The notes under the pieces are model-generated. The model saw nothing but the letters and a program-made list of their open reading frames with translations, ran no database searches and had not been told where the DNA came from. Positions 29,699-41,422 of a DNA stretch of 64,000 nt are shown here, piece after piece (the stretch's first letter is position 1; the number at the start of each line of letters is the position of its first letter). The DNA comes from Methanotrichaceae archaeon (GTDB taxonomy: Archaea > Halobacteriota > Methanosarcinia > Methanotrichales > Methanotrichaceae): positions 288,001 to 352,000 of the forward strand of contig CAWEXU010000030.1 in assembly GCA_963813075.1 (NCBI GenBank). Reading direction: 5' to 3'. A program made the position numbers and the translations under genes.

Positions 29699-31034
29699 TT
29701 AGCTTCCTACTACCTTCATTTTGACCTTCAATGTGGGGGTGACTATCGATCCGATGGCCCGGCGGTCAAGGCCTACCTCAATCGTCTTCAGAATATTGAA
29801 GATGTTGCCCGCGAGCATCAGAGATCGGATCGGCTGCGCTTCGCTTCCAGGAGAGATGCGAAAGGCATTTCTCGCCTCGACTGAGAAGTCGCCCGATATG
29901 GGATTGGCGGTATGAGCGCCGATGAGGCCATGGACCAGATAACCCTCTGTCTCCGCCTGCAGGTCGTAGGCCGAGGGCGAGGCAACGATCAGATTTCGCG
30001 AGCCCACCCTGGGGAGATCGGAGTAGCCAGAACGCACCGAGTTTCCGGTGGAGCGAACGCCGTCCTTGCCGGCGGTGTAGCTATCGTAGAGAAATCCCTT
30101 CAGTATCCCCTGCTCGACCAGGACCGTTCTTTGGGAGGGCACTCCCTCCCCATCGAAGGCAGAGGAGTCTATGCCCTCGGGAAGAAGGCCGTCGTCGATG
30201 ATCATGAAATCCTCGGACGCAATCATTTCCCCCACCCGGCCCCGGAGAGAGGAGCGGCCTTTCTGAATGCTATCCGCTTCTAATGAGGAGAGGAATGTGC
30301 CCTCCAGGAGCTCTGCTGCCGCCAGCGGCATCAGCAGCACATCGAATGCCCCGCCCTCCCCTTTGGCTCCGCCCAAAGAGGCCCGGGCCATCTCCCCTGC
30401 CGACTGGCCCACGGACTGCATCGATATGCTCCAGGCGGCGGGAATTGAAAAACTCGCTTCCAGTGGCCACGTCCTCCCTGCGGGCTATGGCCTCCATTGA
30501 GGCCTGCATGAGAGTCGAGGTCTCCACCAGCTCTATCCCCTGAGAGTTGATCACAAATCCCGTGCCAGAGACACAGGCCACCCCGCCCGAAACCGGCTCT
30601 GCCCCATCAACCTCCTGGCAGCCTGCCAGCAGGCTCCGGGCGATGTCGATGCACTCCTCGGGCGTTATCGCTTCCAGCCGCGGATCATAGATCCCCTCGG
30701 GTTCAGTCACCCTCACCGGCTGAGGGAGGGCGACCCAGGAGTCATCTTTGCCCCGCGCCCTGGCCGATCGCACGGCGCTCCTGGCTACGAACTCCAGAAC
30801 AGTCACATCGCTGCTGCTGGAGAATCCGACCGCGCCATTCACCACCGCGCGCAATCCCAGGCCGTGGTGGTAGCTCTCGCTGGCCATCTCCACGTTCTCC
30901 CGGCGTAAGTCGACATCCACACTGCGCCCCACCATGCCGTAAACCTCGGCTTCTGCCGCCCCCTCCTTTAAAGCCAGGGATAGCAGTCGGTGAGCGGATT
31001 CAAGAAGGCTATCCGATGTACCTGAGATCCTCAT
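29699..31034 (-). CDS. TldD/PmbA family protein, frameshift near 30425
   Basis: GLGLRAVVNGAVGFS; FDGEGVP, STGNS, ANPISGDFS. Confidence 0.88.
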
Positions 31035-31779
31035 CCCCACCTGCGTCAAATGGAGACTGGGCCCGCTCCATCTCCTGCAGCTTGCCTATTATCTTCTCCA
31101 TCTCCTTTGCCCTCTCCTCCAGGGCCTGCATCCCCACCTCTATGCCCAGGATCCCGGATAGGACGCGCAGGACCTCTGATGCTGCTTTGGGATCGACCAG
31201 ATAGCCGCTGGTCACACCCATCAGACAGATCACATCCAGTCCCCGCAGGGCTCCCAGCCCCAGCAATAGGCCGGATACGCCTATGATACCGCCGCCCGGC
31301 TCGTTCTCCTGGAAGAGGACCCCCTGCTTTCTCATCTCCTCCACCAGCTCCAGGCTGGTGGCCGCGCCCATCACCGAGGACTTCTCCACGAACTGGCCGG
31401 TACCATAGCCGCCCAGGGCATAGATCCGCCGGACCTTATAGCTCTCAGCGATGTCCAAAAATATGCTGGTCAGCTCGTAGTGACCCTCATTGGTGGCGCT
31501 CTGATAGTCGCCAATGATGATCAATAGATCCGGCTCCCCATTCTCGCCCCGTCGCGCATAGATCTCATTCTTGACCTGCTTGATGGTGCCATCCTCCTTC
31601 ACCATGACCTGAGGAGGAAAATGGGGGGAATAGATCTCAATTATCTTCTCAGCATGCAGCTCTTCCACCATGTGATCGGCCACCAGCTTTCCTACGTGGC
31701 CTACCCCAGGCAGCCCCTCGACCATTATGGGCTCGGTAAGATCTATATCCTTTATGCGAAAAACCAGGGTCTCTTTCAT
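31009..31779 (-). CDS. Proteasome assembly chaperone (PAC2) family protein
   Basis: EGLPGVGHVGK, FPPQV, LGGY, GYLVDPKAA; conserved position after nop10. Confidence 0.92.
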   Translation of the reverse strand: MKETLVFRIKDIDLTEPIMVEGLPGVGHVGKLVADHMVEELHAEKIIEIYSPHFPPQVMVKEDGTIKQVKNEIYARRGENGEPDLLIIIGDYQSATNEGHYELTSIFLDIAESYKVRRIYALGGYGTGQFVEKSSVMGAATSLELVEEMRKQGVLFQENEPGGGIIGVSGLLLGLGALRGLDVICLMGVTSGYLVDPKAASEVLRVLSGILGIEVGMQALEERAKEMEKIIGKLQEMERAQSPFDAGGDEDLRYIG

Positions 31780-31937
31780 TCTGCCTCCAAAGCCAGGGCT
31801 CTCCTGTATCTCCCATAGGGATCGTCAGGGGAGAACTTCGCCGGCTTGGTTGGGGCGGCATGGCCTCCGCAGAGGGGACAGATCTCCTTCAGGGTGTATC
31901 GAGCGCAGGACTCGCACCGCAGGATCTTGGATCTCAT
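31776..31937 (-). CDS. nop10: H/ACA RNP protein Nop10 (53 aa, absent from the ORF track)
   Basis: MRSKILRCESCARYTLKEICPLCGGHAAPTKPAKFSPDDPYGRYRRALALEAE; ATGA overlaps at both ends. Confidence 0.95.
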   Translation of the reverse strand: MRSKILRCESCARYTLKEICPLCGGHAAPTKPAKFSPDDPYGRYRRALALEAE

Positions 31938-32707
31938 GCCTCTCTGTGGAAAGCGCCCTCTCCGCCGTGTTGTTCTATATAGCTCACTACAGCCTGAGCG
32001 GCTTTTTTGAGAACAGACTCTGCATGCTTATAGTCCGGAGCAGTTACATGAATGCGGTATCGCGGTGCTCCGATATACGACACTGAAAGGGTAGCATCCT
32101 TGTCCTTGATCCTTCTGGCCTGTTTTAGAGCCTTGCGGATTACATCCACTCCATCCGCAGCAGGGGATGTGATATCCACATAGCCGCTGATATCAACCGA
32201 CGGTATCTTGACGTTGTCTTTAGATAAGCTCTCTAAGATCTTGACGTCCTCTTCAGTGAGATCGGCATCTTTCAGAGCCTCAGCGCCGCTGATCGCTGCA
32301 TCTTCCATGGCCAGATAGAGGCTGTCGTAAACGACCATGAGAGAATCAGCCACCCTCTTAGCATCCTCGGGCTGGTCTTTATAGGCCATCTCCAGCCATT
32401 TCCAGGCCTTCTGGTCCGCCTTCCACTCCTGGATCTTCTCCCGCCTCTGATGCTCATTAACATCCTTGAGAGATAGATCGATATGATGCCGGGAGGTATC
32501 TACATTCAGTACCTTGCAGACTATCTTCTGCCCTTCTCGCACATGGTCGCGAATGTATTTGATCCATCCGCTGGCTACCTCGGAGATGTGAATCAGGCCC
32601 TGCTTGCCTGCATACTCGTCTATGGAGACGAAAGCGCCGAAGTCCACCACCTGAGTTACGGTGCAGACCACAAGAGATCCGGGCTCTGGCCAGCCCTCAC
32701 GTTGCAT
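31934..32707 (-). CDS. eif2a: Translation initiation factor aIF2 alpha subunit
   Basis: S1 domain GLIHISEVASGWIKYIRD, HIDLSLK, GAPRYRI. Confidence 0.97.
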   Translation of the reverse strand: MQREGWPEPGSLVVCTVTQVVDFGAFVSIDEYAGKQGLIHISEVASGWIKYIRDHVREGQKIVCKVLNVDTSRHHIDLSLKDVNEHQRREKIQEWKADQKAWKWLEMAYKDQPEDAKRVADSLMVVYDSLYLAMEDAAISGAEALKDADLTEEDVKILESLSKDNVKIPSVDISGYVDITSPAADGVDVIRKALKQARRIKDKDATLSVSYIGAPRYRIHVTAPDYKHAESVLKKAAQAVVSYIEQHGGEGAFHREA

Positions 32708-32713
32708 CAGAAA

Positions 32714-32881
32714 TCACTCGAGCACTTCTACTACGGTGGTTTTGATCAATGCCTTGCCCCCGGTGGGCTCAGCCAGTGTGCGCCCGCAGACCAGGCATTT
32801 CACCACGGTTGAGGCATGGGCAAAGATCACCTGCTCATTCTCGCAGTCGTTGCATTTCACCTTGACGAACTTGCTTGGCAT
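32714..32881 (-). CDS. rps27e: 30S ribosomal protein S27e
   Basis: [34 protein letters not shown]. Confidence 0.97.
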   Translation of the reverse strand: MPSKFVKVKCNDCENEQVIFAHASTVVKCLVCGRTLAEPTGGKALIKTTVVEVLE

Positions 32882-32883
32882 AT

Positions 32884-33165
32884 CTAGCTCTCCACCAGAT
32901 CGAACTTGCCCGCCTTGAATCCGGGGCGGTTGTGAGCCTTTTTGCATTCGCCGCAGCGGTATCTCAGGTTCAGCCTCTTGGTGGGCTTGTCTCCGCCCGG
33001 AACCTTGGAGAACTTACCCTGATTTCCTATTCCATTGGCCCTGAGCTTCTGCCTGGTAATGCGGGTTAATGTGGAAGCCCGGCCTTTTCTCACCCTTTCC
33101 ACCGTCTGTGCGGTGTGCTTCTTGCAGAACGGACAATAAGCATTAAGCTTTTTTGGCATCTTCAC
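32884..33165 (-). CDS. rpl44e: 50S ribosomal protein L44e
   Basis: [21 protein letters not shown]. Confidence 0.97.
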   Translation of the reverse strand: MKMPKKLNAYCPFCKKHTAQTVERVRKGRASTLTRITRQKLRANGIGNQGKFSKVPGGDKPTKRLNLRYRCGECKKAHNRPGFKAGKFDLVES

Positions 33166-33171
33166 TTTTTA

Positions 33172-33747
33172 TCATCTCTGGATCTTCACTTCTGAAGCTA
33201 AATTTTTGTTGCGCAGATTTCTGGCATGAACGGCAGGGAGGACGGCTACATCGTCCCTGACGAGATGGTAGTTCTTCCCGTCAACTCCCGCAAACATAGG
33301 AACATTATCCAGCAACCGCACTACTTCGTATTCCCGCGATATATCTTTTTTGCCCGTTAAAGGCCTTTCGGTGGGATTCATATGGGAAAGGATGGACTCC
33401 CGGCCGAGAGCAATGGTGGAGAGCATCTGCCGGTAGATCTCCGTCTCTTCTGCCGTCATGCCAGTGAAGACCTCCTCCCGAGAGGCTGACCTGGCATTGC
33501 GGAGCGCCCGGCGGACGATCTTCTTTATCCTCTGGTCGATGAGCTTGTTCAGGTTGTTCCTCTCGCTCTTCAGAGTATCCTGGAGGATTTGAGCCTCCAC
33601 GCTGAAGGGATCGGTGACACGAGAGAGCTCCTGGCTCATGCCTGTCAGATAAGTGCCAACCTGCTGGTAGAAATCCAACTCCAGCGGCTGAAGCTCCGCG
33701 GACTTGCGCTCTTCCCGGAGGGCATTGCCCAGATCTATTCCATCCAC
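33172..33747 (-). CDS. GINS (Gins15/51-like) replication protein
   Basis: LREER..LQPL..DFY, RIKKIV, EETEIY, VPMFAGVDGKNY.L..DDV; lies between priS and rpl44e. Confidence 0.8.
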   Translation of the reverse strand: MDGIDLGNALREERKSAELQPLELDFYQQVGTYLTGMSQELSRVTDPFSVEAQILQDTLKSERNNLNKLIDQRIKKIVRRALRNARSASREEVFTGMTAEETEIYRQMLSTIALGRESILSHMNPTERPLTGKKDISREYEVVRLLDNVPMFAGVDGKNYHLVRDDVAVLPAVHARNLRNKNLASEVKIQR

Positions 33748-33776
33748 CTCATCAACAATTTTTACGCGGACTGATC

Positions 33777-35015
33777 TTAAGAGCGGGGATAGTATATAGT
33801 TTTTTCACCGATCTCGTGCCTTGTCCTAGCCTCTGCCACCCCTCTGGCCATCAGGAATACCGCCAGGTAGAGGGGAAGCTCCTCGGTGCCCTCCTTCAGG
33901 CAATAGCTCTGCCCCTTCATCTGGGTGTTGAAGGGCTTTGTGATCTCCAGAAGAACCGGTTCATCCCCGAAGACCACCGCATCCTCCAGGGGATCGAACT
34001 CCTCCAGGCCGCGGATCGATAAGGGCGTCACCCTCAGTCCCGAGCCGCCGTGCAGGCTCCCAGGACAGCGTATCAGCCGGCGCACGTCCGCTGTCACCGG
34101 CTCGTCGGTCTCCCCCCGTTCCCGGTCCAGGTTCAATCCCACTGCCACTCCTTCGCTCTCCAGGCTCTCCTTCAATAGAAGCTTCCAGATACCTGCACTG
34201 CCCCGAAAGAGGTCCAGGTTCCCCCGGCTTATCTCCTCTATCACCCCCTCTCCCTGCAGGCTGCGGTAGAAGCTGGAGGCCTTCTTGGGGCCGATGCCCC
34301 GGACCCGGGAGAGGACGGCCACCGCTCCGGGCTCGTCCAGGGTGCGCAAACCTTCCACAAAGGAGAGGATCGAGCGGTTGATCCTCCCACCCCAGCCCGG
34401 CGCATCCCGGGCCGGGGCTTTCAGATGCTTGCCCCCCTCCCGCCCCCATCCTTCCACCGGAGCCTCGTGAATGAACCGGTCCATGGACAGGCCCCGACCG
34501 GAGAGGTAGTCCACGATCTCCCTCCGCTCGTCCCCCCCAAAGCCATAGATCCGCGGGTCCCGGACATGGATATGATAGCCCCGGCCGCCGGAGAAGACCA
34601 CGCTGATTCTGCTCTCGGGAAAGCCGAAATCGGATAACAGAAAAGTGAGTAGCTTCAGGGTTTCCCTCTTGACCTGCTCGAGCATCCCGGCATAATTTTT
34701 GGGCGCGCCGCGCAGGTGATCGGCATCCAGGTCGAATATCAGGTCCGCACCCTGCCAGATCTTCTCTTTCATCGTCGGCGCGCCGGGCCGCTGATAGTAG
34801 GCGGCGGAGTGATAGACATGGCGGGGAACCATAGAGCGCACATAGTCCACCACCTCCCCCCGGCTGAAGAAGGACTTGTGCCGGCGCATGCCCGAGTCGT
34901 CGAAGAACAGAAATCCCCATTCCCTGGACTGCAGGCCGGGAGGGACATCCAGGGTGGCCTGGATATAATACTCCCGGAACCTGGAGACGAGGAGGTTCAG
35001 GGTTAGGGCGTTCAA
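33777..35015 (-). CDS. priS: DNA primase catalytic subunit
   Basis: REWGF, DLIFDLDAD, SGGRGYHIH, DEPVTADVRRLIR.PGSLH. Confidence 0.96.
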   Translation of the reverse strand: MNALTLNLLVSRFREYYIQATLDVPPGLQSREWGFLFFDDSGMRRHKSFFSRGEVVDYVRSMVPRHVYHSAAYYQRPGAPTMKEKIWQGADLIFDLDADHLRGAPKNYAGMLEQVKRETLKLLTFLLSDFGFPESRISVVFSGGRGYHIHVRDPRIYGFGGDERREIVDYLSGRGLSMDRFIHEAPVEGWGREGGKHLKAPARDAPGWGGRINRSILSFVEGLRTLDEPGAVAVLSRVRGIGPKKASSFYRSLQGEGVIEEISRGNLDLFRGSAGIWKLLLKESLESEGVAVGLNLDRERGETDEPVTADVRRLIRCPGSLHGGSGLRVTPLSIRGLEEFDPLEDAVVFGDEPVLLEITKPFNTQMKGQSYCLKEGTEELPLYLAVFLMARGVAEARTRHEIGEKTIYYPRS

Positions 35016-35019
35016 TTCA

Positions 35020-35749
35020 TCACCTCAAGTACACCTCTGGCCGGCGGTCAGCAAAGCAGGGGATCTCTTCTCGCACCCGGTCCCTCTCGGAGAAGTCGAC
35101 CTCAGCGATTATGACCTCTTCGCCGCACTTCGCTTCTGCCAGAACACTGCCCCGGGCGCTGATGATCATGGAGCCACCCCCTTCCGCCCAGTTGCAGGCC
35201 AGGTGGGGGATCTGGTTCTCTATCGCCCGCGCCAGGCTGAGCGCCCGCCACTGCTCGCGCCTATGCGCCGGAAACTGGGCCAGGGTCACCAGGAGGTCGG
35301 CATCCTGAAGGGCCAGGGAGCGGGCCACCTCAGGAAAGCGCAGGTCGTAGCAGATCTCAAGGCCCACCCGGCCCCAGCGGGTGGATATGGGAGAGATCAA
35401 GTTCCCCCCATCGAAGTGCTTTTTCTCCTCGCCGAAGGGATGAATCTTTGGCCGCAGCTCCAAGCCGGAAGGGGCCAGGCAGAAACCGAGGTTCAAGCGG
35501 CCGCGACGGACTGAGCCGATGATCAGGCAATTGTGCTCCCTGGCCAGGGCGCGGAAGGGATCGAGCTCTTCGAATGCAGCCGTCTCCCATCTCCCCGGTC
35601 TCATAGCAGAATCCGGATAGAAAAAGCTCCGGATAGACCAGTATCTCTGCACCCCTCTCCAGAGCGGAGCGGGCCAATGAGAGGGCACGAGAGAGGTTCT
35701 CGGGATCCTGACAGGGCAGGACAGTCTGCTGAAGGAGGGCAGCACGCAT
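35020..35749 (-). CDS. Nitrilase/carbon-nitrogen hydrolase, frameshift near 35590
   Basis: PELFLSGF; KIHPF, ICYDLRFPE, ARAIENQ. Confidence 0.88.
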
Positions 35750-35800
35750 GCTAAAAAGAAGGCAAGTCCGTATATATTAAGATGGACCTGGTTAGCCCGG

Positions 35801-36682
35801 ATGATCAGGAGCTTCAGAAGCTGGACATATGAGACCCTAGAGGAAGGGGGTCATGCCCACGGCTGGCCAAGACTGGTCAACATCGCCCTCATGCTTTTGG
35901 TGGTTTTAAATGTCCTGGCGGTGATCATGGAGACGGTGGAATGGCTCTATTCCGCTTACGGGCCCCTATTTGAGGCCTTCAATATATTCTCCATAGGGAT
36001 ATTCACCATCGAGTATATCCTGCGCGTCTGGAGCTGCACCGAGGACCCAAGATACCGGGCCCCTCAGGGCAGCAGGCTGCGTTTTGCCTTCACCCCCCTG
36101 GCAATAGTGGACCTCATCGCGGTGCTCCCCTTCTATCTGCCATTCGTACTCGCCGACCTGAGGTTCATTCGCGCTATGCGCCTCTTCCGCCTTTTCCGGA
36201 TTTTTAAGCTGGCCCACTACTCGCGCGCCCTGCAGACCTTCGATGACGTCCTCCGGCTGAAAAAGGATGAGCTGGCTCTCATGCTCTTCACCATGATCAT
36301 CCTGCTCATCACCTCCGCCGGCCTGATGTACGAGGCGGAGAATGCTGCCCAGCCCGAGGCCTTCGCCTCCATTCCCGATGCCATGTGGTGGAGCATTGTG
36401 ACCCTGGCCACTGTGGGGTATGGCGATATCTACCCGGTCACCCCCTGGGGGAGGCTGATCGGCTCGATGGTGGTGATCCTGGGAATCGGCCTGTTTGCCC
36501 TGCCCGCGGGGATCCTGGCCATGGGTTTTGTCCAGGTGCAGGCCAGAATGAAGGAGGGGGATAATGGCGCGGGATTGGTATGTCCCTACTGCGGCCGGCT
36601 GATAGGAGAGACTGCCGGACATAAGAGGGAGCAGGATGAAGAGGCTGAGAGGATCGAGACGGGGCGGTTGCGGTGGTTATGA
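35801..36682 (+). CDS. Voltage-gated-type K+ channel (6TM)
   Basis: S4 RFIRAMRLFRLFRIFK; filter TLATVGYGD. Confidence 0.93.
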   Translation: MIRSFRSWTYETLEEGGHAHGWPRLVNIALMLLVVLNVLAVIMETVEWLYSAYGPLFEAFNIFSIGIFTIEYILRVWSCTEDPRYRAPQGSRLRFAFTPLAIVDLIAVLPFYLPFVLADLRFIRAMRLFRLFRIFKLAHYSRALQTFDDVLRLKKDELALMLFTMIILLITSAGLMYEAENAAQPEAFASIPDAMWWSIVTLATVGYGDIYPVTPWGRLIGSMVVILGIGLFALPAGILAMGFVQVQARMKEGDNGAGLVCPYCGRLIGETAGHKREQDEEAERIETGRLRWL

Positions 36683-36769
36683 GCTATAGCCTTTATGGAT
36701 ATCGATTATCAAGAAGTTTCGCCGAAGTTCCTCTGGAGATGCCGGACGGATGCCTTCCCTCACCGGAGG

Positions 36770-36953
36770 GGATTCATCCGACAAATTCATCTTCTCATAA
36801 TTGCCATAAGATCTGTCAATCCAGCCGATCAGATGGTTGGATGTAACGAGGAGAGGGCCGGGAGCGGCAAAAGGTAAAGGAAGATATTGTAAGGAAAGCC
36901 GCCCCTGGCCACAAACCAGTAGCGGAGCTATTATGCTTATTAATTCTATCGGT
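36770..36953. repeat. Non-coding direct repeat, copy 1 (184 bp)
   Basis: Colinear with 37854-38038; identical cores AGAGGGCCGGGAGCGGCAAAAGGTAAAGGAAG and ATTGTAAGGAAAGCCGCCCCTGGCCAC. Confidence 0.92.
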
Positions 36954-37078
36954 TGACGGGAGAATAATCCCTCCTTCAATCCAGAGAATGCAGGAGCGGT
37001 CCGGATCTCCCATTTTTCATGATCATCACCTATTTCGTCATTGGATTTATCCGGGTTAAGATGCTCATTCTGATAGAT

Positions 37079-37843
37079 ATGTACCAGTTCGTCCTCACCC
37101 CGGCGGCGGGAAAACGGCTGATAGCCAAAGCCCTGGCCCTTCATCCTGCCATTTTAAAAGCCCTGCGCTCCCACACCATAGTGATCATCGCTGGCACCAC
37201 CAACGGCTACATTGCAGAGGAGATACTGTTGGCACTGGGCCAGGAGGAGAGCTTCTCTAAGAACCGTTTCTTCCGGGGGATCACCCTTCTGCCGGGAAAG
37301 ACCACCACGGAGGGCCGGCTGGCCGACCAGAGCCATTTTCCCGGAGACGTGGTGATAGAGAAAGGGATCTGGCAGAAGGGCACCACCATATTCGATGTCG
37401 CCGCCAGCCTCAAGGAAGGAGATGTCATCCTCAAGGGGGCCAATGCTCTGGATCCCGTCCGCCATCAGGCAGGGGTTTTGATCGGCCACCCCCAGGGGGG
37501 GACGGCAATCGCTGCCCTGCAGGCGGCAGTGGGCCGCAGGGTGGGTCTGATCATCCCCGTGGGGCTGGAAAAACGGATACCAGGAGATCTGATCGATCTG
37601 GCGGCGCGAGCTAATGCCGCCGGCAATAGCGGCCCCAGGCTCCTTCCTCTGCCGGGAGAGGTCTTCACCGAGATCGAGGCCATAAGGCTGCTATCCGGTG
37701 CCGAAGCGGAGATCCTGGCCGCAGGCGGGGTGGGAGGAGCGGAGGGCGCGGTCTGGCTGGCGGTAGAGGGCAGCGCCGAGGAGCTAGAGGCCTGTAAAAG
37801 GCAAGTGGAAGCGATCATTGGGGAAGAGAATTTCAGGATCTAG
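37079..37843 (+). CDS. Conserved hypothetical protein (254 aa)
   Basis: LTPAAGKRLIAK, GTTNGYIAEE, KGANALD, PVGLEK, AGGVGGAEG; function not recognised. Confidence 0.85.
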   Translation: MYQFVLTPAAGKRLIAKALALHPAILKALRSHTIVIIAGTTNGYIAEEILLALGQEESFSKNRFFRGITLLPGKTTTEGRLADQSHFPGDVVIEKGIWQKGTTIFDVAASLKEGDVILKGANALDPVRHQAGVLIGHPQGGTAIAALQAAVGRRVGLIIPVGLEKRIPGDLIDLAARANAAGNSGPRLLPLPGEVFTEIEAIRLLSGAEAEILAAGGVGGAEGAVWLAVEGSAEELEACKRQVEAIIGEENFRI

Positions 37844-37853
37844 ATTGAGAAGA

Positions 37854-38620
<767 letters not shown>

Positions 38621-38700
38621 GAGCGAGAGAAAGCCTGCCATCAGAATGTTATTCAAAAAAGAGTATGGGCAAGGGAATGGTTGGAGCCCATCGATAATGC

Positions 38701-39801
38701 TCAGTTGCGCGGATCGGGCAGGGGAAGGCTATCCATTGGCGTAGTGTTGACCGTGGTATTGTTGGCCCTCATGCCAGCGTTATCCTCTGGGGACTGCCTT
38801 TTCAGAATCACAAAGCTGGTTTTTTCCTCGGACGGAGCATCATCCGCCACCGGGAGGACCTCGACACTTGCAGTTCCATTCAATCCATTCAATCCATCCA
38901 ATCCATCATCCACTGCCACAGCCACCGCCTCGCTCTGAGGATATGACGGCATCTGGAAGAGCTGAGCAGAACTGGCCTCGGGCGGCAGGACGATATTTAT
39001 TCTCTCATTGAATCCATCAAAGACTATGGAGGTGGTGGAGCTTATGCGAACCGCCATATTCACATCGGCGGCCAGCAGTCCCAGCGACTGGGGAGTCATA
39101 TAAAGGGTCTCGAACACATCTGCCCTCTTTATCAGATGGCTCTCTTTTGATATCCAGTAATGGACTTCCATTGTCATATTGCGGAAGAATTCAGAGCTGT
39201 TCAGGGGGAAGAATGGCATATAGGAGGCCACCTCCTGAGAAAGGGGATCGGCATAAGAGGCAATGTCCATCTCTGCCCGCACCTTATAGCAGTCCTCGTC
39301 TCCCACCCTCTCCGAGCCGATCAGAGTAAGCCGGGACGAATTGAGCATATCGACCTGCTGGTCCAGGGAATTTTGCTCAGACCAGGCGTCGCTCATTCCG
39401 GATAGCTCGAGAGCGGTCCAGTTGCCATCCATCTTCATATAAATGGTATCGTTTTGCAGATACTCTTCCAGGGCCACTGCCGAGGAGTTGCCCTCATCGC
39501 CGGGAACAAATGTAAACGAGGCCAGGACAAGCTTCAGGGCCTGATCGGTCATATTCACCAGGCCAAAGCCGATGGACCGGGTCTGAATCTCTTGGGACTG
39601 GCCGGAAGAGAGGTTCTCAAGCACCATATCCTGCTCCATCTTCATAAAAAAGCTGTAGGATGCCAGTTCGTCCGATGATGCGACGACCAGCTCCCTCAGA
39701 GCGGATGACATGGCATCATCTCTGGAGCGGTCAGTTGTCTGGCATAAAGCGCAGGAGCTTACCAGCAGCAAGGCTAATGCCATAATTATCAGGTATCTCA
39801 T
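38701..39801 (-). CDS. Secreted LppX/LolA-like (DUF6612-like) protein
   Basis: Signal peptide; SYSF.MKM, TIYMKMDGNW, YWISKESHLI, INIVLPPEA. Confidence 0.7.
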   Translation of the reverse strand: MRYLIIMALALLLVSSCALCQTTDRSRDDAMSSALRELVVASSDELASYSFFMKMEQDMVLENLSSGQSQEIQTRSIGFGLVNMTDQALKLVLASFTFVPGDEGNSSAVALEEYLQNDTIYMKMDGNWTALELSGMSDAWSEQNSLDQQVDMLNSSRLTLIGSERVGDEDCYKVRAEMDIASYADPLSQEVASYMPFFPLNSSEFFRNMTMEVHYWISKESHLIKRADVFETLYMTPQSLGLLAADVNMAVRISSTTSIVFDGFNERINIVLPPEASSAQLFQMPSYPQSEAVAVAVDDGLDGLNGLNGTASVEVLPVADDAPSEEKTSFVILKRQSPEDNAGMRANNTTVNTTPMDSLPLPDPRN

Positions 39802-39841
39802 GGGGATGATGTAGCTAGAACAGGGTAAATCTTTTTTGCTC

Positions 39842-40339
39842 CTATTCTACCTTCTTGAACATGCTTCCCTTCACCCCGCAGACCGGGCACTTATCGGGAG
39901 CCTCGCGCTCCACCGTCATGCCGCAGACCGGGCAGACGTAGTAGGGGAATGATTCCTTTTGAGTTTCCAGCCCCTCGAGCATGGCATGATAGAGCCTGGC
40001 ATGGTGCTCTTCCACCGCATTGGCATAGTTGAATGAACGCTCTGCATCCCGAGCGCCCTCCTCTTTTGCAGCGGCGATCATCTCCGGGTACATGTCCTTG
40101 AACTCATGCGTCTCCCCGGCGATCGCTTCGCGCATATTCTCCTTGGTGGTCTTGATGGCCTTCAGGGCGCGCAGGTGGTTGGCTGCGTGCACCGCCTCCG
40201 CCTCCGCCGCGGCGCGAAAGAGCCTGGCGGCCTGATTGAAGCCCTCTTTATCCGCCTGGGCGGCAAATGCGCTGTACTTCCTGTTCGCTCCGGATTCGCC
40301 GGCAAACGCTTCCTGCAAGAAATCCTCTGTTCGGGTCAT
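39842..40339 (-). CDS. rbr: Rubrerythrin
   Basis: AFAGES, EAVHA, EEHH, CPVCG..CPVCG. Confidence 0.95.
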   Translation of the reverse strand: MTRTEDFLQEAFAGESGANRKYSAFAAQADKEGFNQAARLFRAAAEAEAVHAANHLRALKAIKTTKENMREAIAGETHEFKDMYPEMIAAAKEEGARDAERSFNYANAVEEHHARLYHAMLEGLETQKESFPYYVCPVCGMTVEREAPDKCPVCGVKGSMFKKVE

Positions 40340-40418
40340 ATCGTTAACTCCTTTACATGATTCAGTGGAATTATAGTTGATTTTTTATGAGATAAATCTG
40401 TTGAAATTCGAAGATCAT

Positions 40419-40985
40419 CTACTCATCCAGGCAGAGATCCTCAGATAGATCCTCAGAGTAAAGATCTGAATCAATAGACTGATCATTGGCGGCCAGATCA
40501 TAGTATCCGGTTATCCTCAGTATGTCCAGACTGGATATCTCATAGGCCCCACCTTTTCTCTCCAGTGGGGGATTGACCTGGACCTCCTGCAGTGTTATGC
40601 CCGTCCCACCCTCATTGTAGCGGTCGAATATCAGACCCCAGGGGACGAGGTGGGCAGTCCTGCTCTTTCCCACCCCGTGACGCAGCTCCACCGCCAGTAT
40701 TCCCTGCCGCCCGGAGCGGGTGATGAAATCGGTCTCCCTATCTATCTGATGGGCTCCGGCCGCCATACTGAAGTGCTGCTTGAAATATAGCGACCTCGTC
40801 TTGCGCGCATCAAGGCTTTTGCATTCGATTGCCAGGTAATACTCCGGAATTTTGGAGTCCACCAGGATATCGGCCAGCTGGGTGGCAAATCGAGATTGTC
40901 GGAGCCGGTAGGCTATGGCAGCGATGCCCTCCCTTTTGAAGAAGGAGTTGAGAGAATTGACCATTGCCCACTCAAAGTCGCCCAT
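40419..40985 (-). CDS. PD-(D/E)xK nuclease-like (Hjc-like) conserved archaeal protein
   Basis: FE..(x)n..DILVDS..AIECKS. Confidence 0.7.
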   Translation of the reverse strand: MGDFEWAMVNSLNSFFKREGIAAIAYRLRQSRFATQLADILVDSKIPEYYLAIECKSLDARKTRSLYFKQHFSMAAGAHQIDRETDFITRSGRQGILAVELRHGVGKSRTAHLVPWGLIFDRYNEGGTGITLQEVQVNPPLERKGGAYEISSLDILRITGYYDLAANDQSIDSDLYSEDLSEDLCLDE

Positions 40986-41113
40986 CTGTAGAGATATTTC
41001 AAAGCCCCAATTAAAGTATCTTTTCCCGAGCAATCACTTTCGCCCCGCCCTCATTCCCACACTTTATAGCCTTTGGGCAAGAACATCCCCTGTTGCTCTC
41101 TGTGAGGATTCAT

Positions 41114-41350
41114 ATGGTAGTGGGAAGAACTCTGTGGGACTTCGCAATTGAGGTCGTTAAAACGCCGGGATTCGGCTTATTTCTCATAGCTCTGCTCATC
41201 TTTATTGAATTTATTTTAATACTGATATTGATAATGACATATGCAGGATTGATCGATATAGAATTCAGCTACGGCGGACTGGGTGTGGTGATGCATCATC
41301 TCACCGGCTATCTGGCTTGTGAGCATGATGGTAATATGATATTGACATAG
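41114..41350 (+). CDS. Small membrane protein
   Basis: One long hydrophobic stretch; fills the intergenic gap. Confidence 0.45.
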   Translation: MVVGRTLWDFAIEVVKTPGFGLFLIALLIFIEFILILILIMTYAGLIDIEFSYGGLGVVMHHLTGYLACEHDGNMILT

Positions 41351-41422
41351 ACATATTAAGAGTCTGAAAAACTTAAAGTACTGGAGAAGGGATGGAGATC
41401 TCATGGACCAGGAGGCAGTGAT

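Noticed and set aside
31009..35015. priS-GINS-L44e-S27e-aIF2a-nop10-PAC2 cluster as a novel replication-translation system
   Set aside because: A known, widely conserved archaeal gene cluster.
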